The notes: a model not told the origin generated them from the sequence alone. 59,885 bases of DNA from Clostridia bacterium (GCA_017631635.1 JAGBSX010000028.1:1-59885), one strand, 5' to 3'; shown: positions 1 to 9,730, numbered from the stretch's first letter. Translations and numbers: made by a program.

Positions 1-85
1 ACGTACTACGAGCAAGTTTAGATAATTTAAGCAATTCTTTAAGCGGATACTTATGCCTTAGTTCAGAGATTATCTTGGCTTTTTG
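1..85 (-). CDS. IS3-family transposase OrfB, N-terminal fragment (-1 frame relative to orfA)
   Basis: -1 frame QKAKIISELRHKYPLKELLKLSKLARST; candidate slippery CAAAAAG at 79-85 just before the orfA stop. Confidence 0.75.
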
Positions 86-462
86 CCGTTCTCTCGCTCT
101 TCCGCAAGTACTAAGGCACTCAGTTTTTTTAAGTATTCAATCTCCATCCTAAGTCTTTGGTTTTCCGCTATTAAATCTTCTTCCACCTTTTTTTCTAACT
201 TAGGTGGTCTTCCACGTTTCTTTCCTGTTAGACTAGGTCTACCACGATTATCTTTCATCAACCCTTCATATCCTTCTTCTAGATATTTGCGTTCCCACTC
301 TATTACCTGACGTAGATGATTGCTGGTTTCAGATTCATTTGTAGTGTTCCAATACTTTCTAACAGCCTCTCTATAGCCTAAGTGGTTTTCTCGCATATCT
401 AGTATAACTGATAATTTGAATTCTGGCGAGTATTTTTTAAACTTTTGTCCTTTTTTTGCCAC
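70..462 (-). CDS. IS3-family transposase OrfA (HTH)
   Basis: KYSPEFKLSVI...W..KY...G..GL...RGRP...L..EN..LRME.EYLKKL pattern; AGGAGG SD before the GTG start. Confidence 0.9.
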   Translation of the reverse strand: MAKKGQKFKKYSPEFKLSVILDMRENHLGYREAVRKYWNTTNESETSNHLRQVIEWERKYLEEGYEGLMKDNRGRPSLTGKKRGRPPKLEKKVEEDLIAENQRLRMEIEYLKKLSALVLAEERENGKKPR

Positions 463-483
463 AAAAAATGCACCTCCTTAAAG

Positions 484-508
484 TGTCTAACTTTTGGGGT
501 GCATTTCA
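484..508 (-). repeat. Left terminal inverted repeat of the IS3-family element
   Basis: TGAAATGCACCCCAAAAGTTAGACA upstream of orfA; partner IR lies outside the window. Confidence 0.75.
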
Positions 509-592
509 GCTAGGTATGGTGTGTTTTTATTTTAATTATCCTAATGCTGTCGACTATGTGGCATAAGATATAGTTGTCCCAATGGCATAGGG

Positions 593-1573
593 TTAGGAGA
601 AGATTTGGGACTCTATGAGGTCTATTAGTTCTTTTGCCTCGTTGTCGTGTAGGGAGGTCTCTAGGGCTCGGCGTATGGCATTGAGGTCAAATGGCTGGAG
701 GGTGAGGGCGTCCTCGACGATTTGCGAAATGCTTGCGTCTAGTGCGTCGGTGTAGAACTGGACACTAGTCATCACTCTATCCACTACGTTGAGATGGCAC
801 GTCACGTTGCCAAAGGATAATAGCCCCTCAAAACTCACGTTAAATGGTATCTGGCTACCGTACACGAACTCGTGAGAGGAGTAATACTCGGCTAGTCTCG
901 TCACCTCGCCTTCATCAAATTCGCCTATGGCAGTAGGGGTGAGTGAGTACTCCTCTGCAAATGCCGATATGAGATAATCTCGCATATCCTCGATGGTCAA
1001 GTCTGGCGCGAACTCCGTGAGGTTGATGACTCTAGAGCGAACGGACTTGATGCCTTTGGTCTCTAGTTTTGCCTTGGGGGGAGTGAGGTATCTAGAGAGT
1101 TTATGAAGGTCTGCATTTATCAATATCGTGCCGTGGTGGTAGGAGCGTCCCTTGTGATTGTAAAAAGCATTGCCCGAAAACTTCCTGCCATCTAGTAGTA
1201 TATCGTTGCGACCAGATAGGGTGGTGGATAGTCCTGCCTTTTGGCAAGCAGATTGGATAATAGCCATATTTTTGCCAAGGTCGTAGTTTGGGGTAGTGGA
1301 GATAAAGGTGAAGTTGAGGTTGCCTACGTCGTGGTATACTGCTCCACCTCCACTTAGTCGTCTAGCCAACTTGCCACCCTCTTCGTCTAGTAGTTGGGTG
1401 CGACACTCTAGATAGGCGTTTTGGTTTTTGCCGATAACGACGGTATTTGCATTTTGCCACAGATACAATATCGCACTCTCGTCGTCTGCCATATCAAAAA
1501 GAACCTTCTCTTTGGCAAGGTTGACGTGGGGGTCAAGGGTATTCTCTACGTAAAACAAGATTTTGTTAACCAT
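593..1573 (-). CDS. lplA: Lipoate-protein ligase A
   Basis: LWQN..TVVIGKNQN, RRLSGGGAVYHD.GNLNFTF, RND...GRKFSGNA, HHGT, KGIKSVRSRV motifs. Confidence 0.95.
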   Translation of the reverse strand: MVNKILFYVENTLDPHVNLAKEKVLFDMADDESAILYLWQNANTVVIGKNQNAYLECRTQLLDEEGGKLARRLSGGGAVYHDVGNLNFTFISTTPNYDLGKNMAIIQSACQKAGLSTTLSGRNDILLDGRKFSGNAFYNHKGRSYHHGTILINADLHKLSRYLTPPKAKLETKGIKSVRSRVINLTEFAPDLTIEDMRDYLISAFAEEYSLTPTAIGEFDEGEVTRLAEYYSSHEFVYGSQIPFNVSFEGLLSFGNVTCHLNVVDRVMTSVQFYTDALDASISQIVEDALTLQPFDLNAIRRALETSLHDNEAKELIDLIESQIFS

Positions 1574-1613
1574 AAATTACCTTAAATTACCTTTTTTTTG
1601 ATATTATATCCTA

Positions 1614-1642
1614 ATTATATTAAAAAAAATGATAAAAGTCAA
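1614..1642 (-). promoter_or_regulatory. SigA-type promoter of lplA
   Basis: Minus strand TTGACT (1642-1637), 17 bp, TATAAT (1619-1614). Confidence 0.7.
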
Positions 1643-1693
1643 TAGACAAAGTGTTAAATATATGATATAATCGTGTTATAAAATGTTAAAAAC
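1643..1693 (+). promoter_or_regulatory. SigA-type promoter of the DeoR gene with candidate operator repeats
   Basis: TAGACA 1643-48, 17 bp, TG-extended TATAAT 1666-71; TGTTATAAAA-TGTTAAAAAC at 1674-1693. Confidence 0.65.
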
Positions 1694-1718
1694 TTAACCG
1701 TTTGAAACAGGAGGGATT

Positions 1719-2468
1719 ATGAACCGTATCAGACAAGAGCATATAAAAGATTATGTAGAGAGCAAAAATATAGCGACTATCAAGGAACTCCAAGAACTAT
1801 TTCCCGACGTGTCGCTGATGACTCTACATAGAGATCTAAACGTGCTCGAAGAAATGGGTGTCATCACCAAATATAGAGGTGGAGTGCGTTCGGTACGCCA
1901 ACCAAACGAGGCAGAATTTAACATACGTCTCAAAGAAAATAACGCAGGCAAAATATCTATGATGAAGAAGGCTATGCACCTACTACATCCACAGGCCTCG
2001 ATATTCTTGGATGCTAGTACGACCAATCTAATATTGGCTCGCAATTTGCCTGATATAGGGCTAAATATCACTACAAATAGCCCAAATATAGCGCTAGAAC
2101 TATGTCGTCTCAAGAATTCTACCGTCAATCTATGTGGTGGTACTATGAACCCTAGGACCTTGTCGGTATCTGGACCTCATACTCTATCAGTTTTGGAAAA
2201 TATCAATATAGACCTAGCCTTTATAGGAGTGTCTGGTTGCACAGCCTTGGCAGGATTTACCTGTGGTACTGAGGCTGATATGATGATCAAGGGACTAGTC
2301 ATCAAAAAGGCGCGTACTAGCGTAGTGCTATGTGCTGCAGACAAGTTTAGACGTCTCATGCCTTTCACTTTCGCAGGGCTATCAGACGTGGACTACGTGA
2401 TTAGCGACGGTACTCTGCCCAAAGATTTCGTAGATAAGTGCGTAGAGTCTGGTGTCAAAATACTGTAA
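1719..2468 (+). CDS. DeoR/GlpR family transcriptional regulator
   Basis: N-terminal wHTH (VSLMTLHRDL..LE..G), IFLDASTT, TNS, DLAFIG..G sensor domain. Confidence 0.95.
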   Translation: MNRIRQEHIKDYVESKNIATIKELQELFPDVSLMTLHRDLNVLEEMGVITKYRGGVRSVRQPNEAEFNIRLKENNAGKISMMKKAMHLLHPQASIFLDASTTNLILARNLPDIGLNITTNSPNIALELCRLKNSTVNLCGGTMNPRTLSVSGPHTLSVLENINIDLAFIGVSGCTALAGFTCGTEADMMIKGLVIKKARTSVVLCAADKFRRLMPFTFAGLSDVDYVISDGTLPKDFVDKCVESGVKIL

Positions 2469-2506
2469 AATACAAAAAAATAAAGCATACTCATAACAAA
2501 ATTTGG

Positions 2507-2546
2507 TTGACAACAATGTTATAAAATGTTATGATATGTTAAAAAT
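2507..2546 (+). promoter_or_regulatory. SigA promoter of the E2-E3-E1 operon overlapped by three 10-bp-phased TGTTA repeats
   Basis: TTGACA 2507-12, 17 bp, TATGAT 2530-35; TGTTATAAAA/TGTTATGATA/TGTTAAAAAT at 2517, 2527, 2537. Confidence 0.7.
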
Positions 2547-2578
2547 AGCAAAAACACAATATAAAAGGAGGATTTGTT

Positions 2579-3811
2579 TTGGCAAATGCTGTAATTATGC
2601 CCAAAGCCGGTATCACCGTAGAGAGTTGCATTATCGGTACTTGGGAGAAGAAAGTTGGTGACGTGGTTAAAGTAGGAGACGTGTTGTTCTCATACGAGAC
2701 AGACAAGGCTAGTTTTGAATGTGAATCTACTGCAGAGGGTACTTTGCTCGAGGTTTTCTTCAACGAGGGAGACGAAGTCCCTTGCCTAGTCAACGTGTGC
2801 GCTATAGGTAATCCTGGTGAGGATTGCTCTGCGCTACGCCCAGATTCGGCTGCTCCTCAAGAGGATAAGCCTGCTGAGAAGGTAGAGAAGGTAGAGGTAG
2901 CGCCTATCGCTACTACTGCTGTCGCAGGAGACAAGACTGCAGTCTCTCCTAGAGCCAAGAAACTCGCTGAGCGCGCAGGCGTAGATGCATCACTCGCTAC
3001 ACCTACCGGTCCAAATGGTAGAGTAATCGAGCGTGACGTGAGAGCACTCATGGACAACCCTGTAGTGGCTAATGCACCAGTAGCACCAGTCGCTGCTCCT
3101 GCTCCAGTAGCAGAAGAAGAGTACAAGGACGTGAAGTTTAGCGGTATTCGTCGTGCTATCAGCAAGTCAATGCATACCTCTCTATCTACTATACCTCAAC
3201 TCACTCATACCATATCCTTTGACGCTAGCACTATACTAGCATATCGCAAGATGCTCAAGGGAGCAGAGGGAGAGTATGCAGGTATTACCCTAGGAGATAT
3301 GGTGCTATACGCAGTATCTAGAACCTTGCTAAATCACCCTGATCTCAATGCTACTATGCTAGACGACAACAATATCCGTCTATACAAGCACGTCAACCTA
3401 GGAGTGGCAGTAGATACCCCTAGAGGTCTAATGGTACCTACTATATTCCGTGCAGACGAGATGAGTCTACTAGAGATATCCAAGGCTGTCAAGAAACTCG
3501 CTGCCGAGTGTCGAGAGGGCAATATCAGTCCTGACAAACTATCTGGTGGTACTTTCACCGTATCCAACCTAGGTAGCATGGGAGTAGAGTCCTTCACCCC
3601 AGTCATCAATCCTCCTCAGACAGGTATACTAGGAGTATGCTGTACTACCGAGAGAGTCAAGAAGGGCGCTGATGGTTCTATATCTGTATATCCTGCTATG
3701 GCTCTAAGTTTGACTTATGACCACCGTGCAGTAGACGGTTCTCCTGCCGCTCGTTTCCAAAAGGAACTAGCGCAAAATCTAGAGAACTTCACAGCACTAC
3801 TTGCAAAATAA
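2579..3811 (+). CDS. Dihydrolipoamide acyltransferase (E2) of a 2-oxoacid/acetoin dehydrogenase-type complex
   Basis: Lipoyl domain ETDKA, E3-binding SPRAKKLA...TGPNGRV, catalytic DHRAVDG; TTG start with GGAGG SD. Confidence 0.95.
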   Translation: MANAVIMPKAGITVESCIIGTWEKKVGDVVKVGDVLFSYETDKASFECESTAEGTLLEVFFNEGDEVPCLVNVCAIGNPGEDCSALRPDSAAPQEDKPAEKVEKVEVAPIATTAVAGDKTAVSPRAKKLAERAGVDASLATPTGPNGRVIERDVRALMDNPVVANAPVAPVAAPAPVAEEEYKDVKFSGIRRAISKSMHTSLSTIPQLTHTISFDASTILAYRKMLKGAEGEYAGITLGDMVLYAVSRTLLNHPDLNATMLDDNNIRLYKHVNLGVAVDTPRGLMVPTIFRADEMSLLEISKAVKKLAAECREGNISPDKLSGGTFTVSNLGSMGVESFTPVINPPQTGILGVCCTTERVKKGADGSISVYPAMALSLTYDHRAVDGSPAARFQKELAQNLENFTALLAK

Positions 3812-3821
3812 GAGGTAAACT

Positions 3822-5189
3822 ATGGAAATATTTGATTTGATAGTAATCGGCGGAGGTCCAGGTGGATATCTCTGCGCCGAGCGTGCCGCCCAAGGTGGTA
3901 TGAAAGTAGCCCTATTTGAGAAGAAATCTCTAGGTGGTACTTGCCTAAACGAAGGCTGTATCCCTACCAAGACTCTACTCAATTCTTCAAAGATGTATAG
4001 ACACGCCAAAGAGAGTGAGGCTTTTGGAGTCACCGTGACTGGCGTTAGTTATAATCACGAGAAGGTCGTAGAGAGAAAGAACGGAGTAGTCAAGACTCTA
4101 GTCGCAGGCGTAGGCGCTACTATGAAAGGTAATAAGGTCACCGTCATCAGCGCAAATGCAGTCATCAAAGGCAAGACGGACAATGGTTTTGCAGTAGAGG
4201 CTGACGGTGTAGTATACGAGGCCAAGAGACTCACTATCGCATCTGGCTCGGAGACCGTAGTCCCACCAGTACCTGGTCTCAAAGAGGGACTAGCATCTGG
4301 ATTCGTATTGACAAATAGAGAAGTACTAGACGAAAAGACTCTACCCAAGACCTTGGTCGTAATAGGTGGAGGAGTTATAGGTCTAGAGATGGCTTATTAC
4401 TTCGCTAGCGTAGGCGTCGAAGTGACAGTTATCGAGATGATGCCTAAGATAGCAGGTGCTACTGATCCTGATATCTGCAAGGTGCTCCAAGATGCATTTG
4501 TCAAGCGTGGTATGACCTTCAAACTCTCATGCAAAGTGCTAGAGGTCAAAGAGGGTAGCGTAGTATACGAAGAGAACGGCGAGAAGAAAGAGATAGCATG
4601 CGACAAGGTACTACTATCTGCAGGTCGTAAGCCTTCTACTGCTGGTATTGGCGTAGAAAATCTACAACTGAATATGGACAGGGCTGCTATCAAGACTGAT
4701 AGACATATGTGCACCAACGTATCTGGCGTATACGCAGTAGGCGATTGTAATGGCAAGTTGATGCTAGCACATACTGCATATAGAGAGGCAGAGGTAGCAG
4801 TTAATCATATGCTAGGCAAGGTGGACGAGATGCGTTATGACGTGATACCATCTGTCATCTACACCGACCCAGAGGTGGCTAGCGTAGGCTACAGCAAAGA
4901 AGGCGCAGAAAGTAAGGGTATGAAAGTCAAAGAAATCAAATTGCCTATGTCCTATGCAGGTCGCTACCTAGCAGAGAACGACGGTGGCAAAGGTTTCATC
5001 AAACTAGTAGTAGACACCGACAAAAATCGTCTAGTAGGATGCCATATGGTAGGCTCATACGCTTCTGAGATAATAATGACTGCTACTATGATGATAGACA
5101 CCGAACTCACACCTAATCGTCTAAAGAAACTCGTATTCCCACACCCTACTGTGGCAGAGATAATACGAGAGGCTATCTTTCATATTTAA
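3822..5189 (+). CDS. lpdA: Dihydrolipoyl dehydrogenase (E3)
   Basis: GGGPGGY, GGTCLNEGCIPTK redox disulfide, GGGVIGLE, FPHPTVAE. Confidence 0.95.
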   Translation: MEIFDLIVIGGGPGGYLCAERAAQGGMKVALFEKKSLGGTCLNEGCIPTKTLLNSSKMYRHAKESEAFGVTVTGVSYNHEKVVERKNGVVKTLVAGVGATMKGNKVTVISANAVIKGKTDNGFAVEADGVVYEAKRLTIASGSETVVPPVPGLKEGLASGFVLTNREVLDEKTLPKTLVVIGGGVIGLEMAYYFASVGVEVTVIEMMPKIAGATDPDICKVLQDAFVKRGMTFKLSCKVLEVKEGSVVYEENGEKKEIACDKVLLSAGRKPSTAGIGVENLQLNMDRAAIKTDRHMCTNVSGVYAVGDCNGKLMLAHTAYREAEVAVNHMLGKVDEMRYDVIPSVIYTDPEVASVGYSKEGAESKGMKVKEIKLPMSYAGRYLAENDGGKGFIKLVVDTDKNRLVGCHMVGSYASEIIMTATMMIDTELTPNRLKKLVFPHPTVAEIIREAIFHI

Positions 5190-5215
5190 TAAATTATATA
5201 AGGAGAATAAATAAA

Positions 5216-7681
5216 ATGCCAAAGAGTTTATTTGTAGACCCACAAGAGACTTTAGCTCCTGGTCAGATTACTTTTGACAGTATTCCAGTCAATCAATACA
5301 ACAAAACGATACAAGAAGAGAGAAGTCGTTATAGTGACGACGATCTAGTGCGTATCTATCGTGATATCGCTATACTCCGTGAGTTTGAGTCTATGCTCAA
5401 CCAAATCAAGACCCAAGGTGTATACAACGGTATAGAGACTACTTATCCTGGTCCTGCCCACCTATCCATAGGTCAAGAGGCAGCAGCAGTAGGTCAAGCA
5501 TACCTACTAGACCAAAATGACTTCTCATTTGGTTCTCACCGTAGCCACTCCGAGATACTAGCCAAGGCTCTATCTTGTATTCACAAACTTAGCGAACAAG
5601 AATTAATGACTATAATGGAGGGCTTCCTAGGTGGCTCGGCTCTACGTGCTACCGAGAAGATAGGACCTGTCAGCGACGTCAAAGAACTAGCCATTAGATT
5701 TATCCTATACGGTACGTTGTCCGAGATATTTGCTCGTGACACCGGATTCCACAAGGGTATGGGTGGCTCAATGCACGCATTCTTCCTACCATTTGGTATA
5801 TATCCAAACAACGCTATCGTTGGTGGCTCTGCTGCTATCGCTACCGGTGCTGCTCTATTTAAGAAAATCAACAATAAGCAAGGTATCGTAGTGTGCAACT
5901 CCGGTGACGGTTCTATGGCTCGTGGTCCTGTATGGGAGGCTATGAACTTCGCTGCTATGGATCAATTCAATACCCTATGGGAGTCTCATAAGGGTGGTAT
6001 GCCTATACTATACAACGTATTCAACAACTCATACGGTATGGGAGACCAGACTCGTGGTGAGACTATGGGATACGATATGCTAGCACGTATCGGCTCTGGT
6101 GTCAGCCCTACTCAATTCCACGCAGAACGTATCAACGGATTTAACCCTCTCGCAGTTATCGACGCTATGGAGAGAAAACTCAAGATACTTCGCAACGAGG
6201 GAGGCCCTGTACTTCTCGATACTCTTACTTATCGTTTCTCTGGTCACTCTACTTCGGACCAAAACGCATATCGTACCAAGGAAGAGATAGAGGCATGGCG
6301 TAATATAGACCCAATCATCACTTACCGTCAAGGTCTAGTTGATGCAGGTGTCGTAGCAGATAGCAAACTAGAGGAGATACTAGCAGATACTATCGAGCGT
6401 ATGACTACTATCTGCAAGGCTGCATCAAATCCAGAGATCAGTCCATACGTTGACTTCCGCAAAGATCCTCAAGTAGTAGAGCGTTTGATGTTCTCCAACC
6501 AAAAGGTTGACAAACTAGACGATCGTGAGCCAGAGGTAAATATGCCTCTAGCAGAAGTACCTGCTTACAAGAAACTCAAGGAGAAAGAGCGTAGCCCTAT
6601 CGTAAACGGCAAGCCTGTATCCAAGATGAAACTATTTAACCTACGTGACGCATTGTCAGAGGTTATCTACGACAGATTCTACGAAGATCCTACACTAGTA
6701 GCGTATGGTGAGGATTGTCGTGACTGGGGTGGCGCATTTGCAGTATACCGTGGTATGATGGATGCGTTCCCACACTCTAGACTATTTAACTCTCCTATCG
6801 CAGAGGCTGCTATCGTAGGTACTGCAGTAGGATACGCAGTATCTGGTGGCCGTGCTCTAGTCGAACTAATGTATGCTGACTTTATCGGTTGCGCAGGTGA
6901 CGAGATATTTAACCAAATGTCCAAGTGGCAAGCAATGAGCGCAGGTATACTCAAGATGCCTGTGGTACTACGTGTATCAGTAGGATCAAAGTACGGCGCT
7001 CAACATAGCCAAGACTGGACTGCTCTATGCGCTCATATCCCTGGACTCAAGGTATGTTTCCCTGCTACCCCTTGGGAGGCAAAAGGTCTAATGGAGTCTG
7101 CACTCAGAGGTACTGACCCAGTAGTATTCTTTGAGAGCCAGAGAATATACGACGTAGGTGAGCAATTCCACGAGGGTGGCGTACCTGCAGAGCGTTATGA
7201 GATAGAATTTGGCGATACCAACAAGGTAAGAGACGGTAAGGACGTCACCATACTCACTATCGGTGCTGCTCTATATCGTGCCGTTGACGCTGCTAAACAA
7301 CTATCCGAGAAGTACGGTGTAGAGGCTGATATCATCAACATACACTCTCTAGTACCATTGGATTACACCAAGATAATCGAATCCGTCAAGAAGACTGGCA
7401 GAGTAGTACTAGTATCTGATGCTTGCGCTAGAGGTTCATTTATGAGTGACGTAGCCAAGAATATCACCGAACTATGCTTTGATGATCTAGATGCACCTCC
7501 AGTAGTAGTAGGCGCTCGCAACTGGATAACTCCTCCATACGAGTTTGACGAGTTCTTCTTCCCACAAGCATCATGGATAATAGACGCTATCTCCGAGAAA
7601 CTCGTGCCACTACCAGGACACGTAGTAAAAGATGGTTGTACGGAGGCAGAGGCTATTCGCCGTGCTAAACAAGGCGTATAA
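5216..7681 (+). CDS. Fused E1 alpha/beta ThDP-dependent dehydrogenase (acetoin/2-oxoacid dehydrogenase family)
   Basis: HLSIGQEA, HRSH, GMGGSMH, GDG...NN, YRFSGHS (alpha); GED, NSPIAE, GAQHSQ, DPVVFFE, LDAPP (beta). Confidence 0.9.
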   Translation: MPKSLFVDPQETLAPGQITFDSIPVNQYNKTIQEERSRYSDDDLVRIYRDIAILREFESMLNQIKTQGVYNGIETTYPGPAHLSIGQEAAAVGQAYLLDQNDFSFGSHRSHSEILAKALSCIHKLSEQELMTIMEGFLGGSALRATEKIGPVSDVKELAIRFILYGTLSEIFARDTGFHKGMGGSMHAFFLPFGIYPNNAIVGGSAAIATGAALFKKINNKQGIVVCNSGDGSMARGPVWEAMNFAAMDQFNTLWESHKGGMPILYNVFNNSYGMGDQTRGETMGYDMLARIGSGVSPTQFHAERINGFNPLAVIDAMERKLKILRNEGGPVLLDTLTYRFSGHSTSDQNAYRTKEEIEAWRNIDPIITYRQGLVDAGVVADSKLEEILADTIERMTTICKAASNPEISPYVDFRKDPQVVERLMFSNQKVDKLDDREPEVNMPLAEVPAYKKLKEKERSPIVNGKPVSKMKLFNLRDALSEVIYDRFYEDPTLVAYGEDCRDWGGAFAVYRGMMDAFPHSRLFNSPIAEAAIVGTAVGYAVSGGRALVELMYADFIGCAGDEIFNQMSKWQAMSAGILKMPVVLRVSVGSKYGAQHSQDWTALCAHIPGLKVCFPATPWEAKGLMESALRGTDPVVFFESQRIYDVGEQFHEGGVPAERYEIEFGDTNKVRDGKDVTILTIGAALYRAVDAAKQLSEKYGVEADIINIHSLVPLDYTKIIESVKKTGRVVLVSDACARGSFMSDVAKNITELCFDDLDAPPVVVGARNWITPPYEFDEFFFPQASWIIDAISEKLVPLPGHVVKDGCTEAEAIRRAKQGV

Positions 7682-7682
7682 T

Positions 7683-8309
7683 ATGTCGCTCCTAAAACTC
7701 ACACGCACGGCAAATGCCGGCGTCTTGATGGAGATAGATGGCGTGAGTATACTCCTAGACGGAGTGTGCGAACAGTTGCCCCCTTATCTAGGGACTCCTG
7801 CACCTATTCGCGAGAAACTCCTAGAGAATATGCCCGACGTAGTGGCATTTACTCACAAGCATCCTGACCATTATGACGAAGACTATGCTAAATCATATGA
7901 GGATAAGACTCTCAGGTCCGTATACGGGCCTGAGAGCTTGCCTTTTTTGGAGGTAGGTGGAGTAGAGATATCTGCACATAAGACTCGTCATATCGGCAAG
8001 ACTGATATACCTCACGTGAGTTTCGTCATCAAGGGTAGTGCTACGGTATGGTTCGTAGGAGATGCCTCCCCCCTCTCGCTAAAGAGTATGGTAGGAGCAA
8101 GCAAGCCTGATTTGTTGATAGTGCCATTTGCCTATCTAATCACTCCTAGTGCTTGGCGTATGACCAAAGAGATAGGAGCGAAAAAGATATTGCTACTACA
8201 TATGCCACCTAGAGATAGAGATGTCGAGAGGTTATGGGATATGGTAGAGGCTACCGTAGAGAGTGATATACTCTATCACATAGATATAGGAGAAAGTATT
8301 GGTCTTTGA
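7683..8309 (+). CDS. MBL-fold metallo-hydrolase
   Basis: THKHPDH (HxHxDH) motif, GD, later His; ATG 1 nt after the E1 stop. Confidence 0.75.
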   Translation: MSLLKLTRTANAGVLMEIDGVSILLDGVCEQLPPYLGTPAPIREKLLENMPDVVAFTHKHPDHYDEDYAKSYEDKTLRSVYGPESLPFLEVGGVEISAHKTRHIGKTDIPHVSFVIKGSATVWFVGDASPLSLKSMVGASKPDLLIVPFAYLITPSAWRMTKEIGAKKILLLHMPPRDRDVERLWDMVEATVESDILYHIDIGESIGL

Positions 8310-8335
8310 ATCAATAGTTTCGAAAGTAAAGTATA

Positions 8336-8372
8336 AAAAAAGCATTTCAACTTATTCGTTGAAATGCTTTTT
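8336..8372. terminator. Bidirectional intrinsic terminator
   Basis: AAAAAGCATTTCAAC-ttattc-GTTGAAATGCTTTTT between convergent genes. Confidence 0.85.
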
Positions 8373-8399
8373 GTTTTGTAGATTATTGTTCTCTAGTGA

Positions 8400-9662
8400 T
8401 TAGATTTGCTTTGCATTGGCTAGTAGATATTTCTCAGCCTCTGCGCACCATAGTCCGTTGTTCTTCTCTACGATTAGAGCAAGTTCGCGATATAGTGGGT
8501 CGGTCTCGCCTAGTTTGGCTAGGTCTGCTAGAGCGACTAGTGGCATAGAGATGAAGTTGTAGATGAGTTTCTTGCCACCAGGTATCTTGTCTAGGTTGAT
8601 GACGGTATCTACTACTGCATCTAGTCCACCTACGTGGGTAATCATAGCAGTAGGATTGAGTCTGCCGTCGCTCATCATATCGATAGCCTCTATCATATCG
8701 TCGGTATTGCCACCAGAGTTGCCACATACGTGGGTGAAACTATAGTGAACGTTGTAGAAGTTGAACATAGCAGAGAAAGCAGGATTGGTAGGACCTGCGA
8801 AGAAGTTGAGACATCCGTCAAATCCTAGCACGCTATCAGCGAGTTCTACGACAGGCTTGACTGGTGCATATACGAATGCATCATCATAACCCTTGCCATC
8901 TGTGAGGCTCATTAGATACTCACGAGCATCTTCTACTGCGTTGGTGTTGACATATACTAGTTTGACACCGTTCTTGGCGGCCTCTTCGACTGTGATGATA
9001 GATGCTGCTCTATCTAGACGAGCATTGTCTATGTCGGTGACTACTAGCAATGCAGGCTTTCTATCACAATGGATAGCATAGTCGATAGCGCCTAGTCCCA
9101 TAGGACCAGCGGCTGCCATAAGTATAGCATTACCACCCTCTACTATACCCATAGTGTGTAGGTGAGTAGAGTTGTTGGTGTGGTAGTTGGTGTGGTATCC
9201 ACCTATGATGCAAGATACTGGCTCAGCCAAAGAACCGTAGAAATATGCGTCGTTGTGGTATGGTAGTAGGCAGTTGCACTCCATTACCTCGTTTGGTATA
9301 ACTACGTATTGAGAGTTGCCACCTATAAATCTATAGGAATATCCTGGAGCGTCAAGTTTGCCTTGATAGCCGATAGCAGGTTGGATAGCGAACTTGTCGC
9401 CAGCCTTAAATTTGCTCTGCCACTTCTCGCCGACTGCGATTATCTCGCCACAAAATTCGTGACCTATGATAGTAGGATTTTCGGCGATATCATTTGGGAC
9501 ACGAGCGTGAGCAGAACCTTGGAGTGCAGCCTTGTGAGAGGACATACATACGCTATCGGATATTACTTTGGCGAGTATCTCGTCTTCTCTCATCTCGGGC
9601 AATTCAAACTCTTCTAGACGTAGGTCGTTAGCACCGTATATGCGAACAGCTTTAGTTTTCAT
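8400..9662 (-). CDS. Zn-binding medium-chain dehydrogenase, L-sorbose-1-phosphate reductase (SorE)-like
   Basis: KTKAVRIYG..DLRLEEFELP, DSVCMS, IIGHEFCG, AEPVSC, GPMGLGAIDYA, GGKKLIY; 420 aa. Confidence 0.8.
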   Translation of the reverse strand: MKTKAVRIYGANDLRLEEFELPEMREDEILAKVISDSVCMSSHKAALQGSAHARVPNDIAENPTIIGHEFCGEIIAVGEKWQSKFKAGDKFAIQPAIGYQGKLDAPGYSYRFIGGNSQYVVIPNEVMECNCLLPYHNDAYFYGSLAEPVSCIIGGYHTNYHTNNSTHLHTMGIVEGGNAILMAAAGPMGLGAIDYAIHCDRKPALLVVTDIDNARLDRAASIITVEEAAKNGVKLVYVNTNAVEDAREYLMSLTDGKGYDDAFVYAPVKPVVELADSVLGFDGCLNFFAGPTNPAFSAMFNFYNVHYSFTHVCGNSGGNTDDMIEAIDMMSDGRLNPTAMITHVGGLDAVVDTVINLDKIPGGKKLIYNFISMPLVALADLAKLGETDPLYRELALIVEKNNGLWCAEAEKYLLANAKQI

Positions 9663-9730
9663 ATTTATCTCCTTGTTAAAAAAATTCGTATTCTATACAA
9701 AATACCAATAGTATCTAGTAATCTAAAGAT

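Larger units (their letters stand above)
1..508 (-). mobile_element. IS3-family (IS150/IS861-like) insertion sequence, left part; truncated by window start
   Basis: Minus strand begins TGAAATGCACCCCAAAAGTTAGACA (IS3-type 5'-TG end), then an HTH orfA and a -1 frame reading ISELRHKYPLKELLKLSKLARST, typical of an OrfB N-terminus. Confidence 0.9.

Noticed and set aside
2579-7681. Labelling the complex pdhABCD, acoABCL or bkd
   Set aside because: Gene order, fused and insertion-bearing E1, and sugar-gene context do not justify a specific substrate assignment
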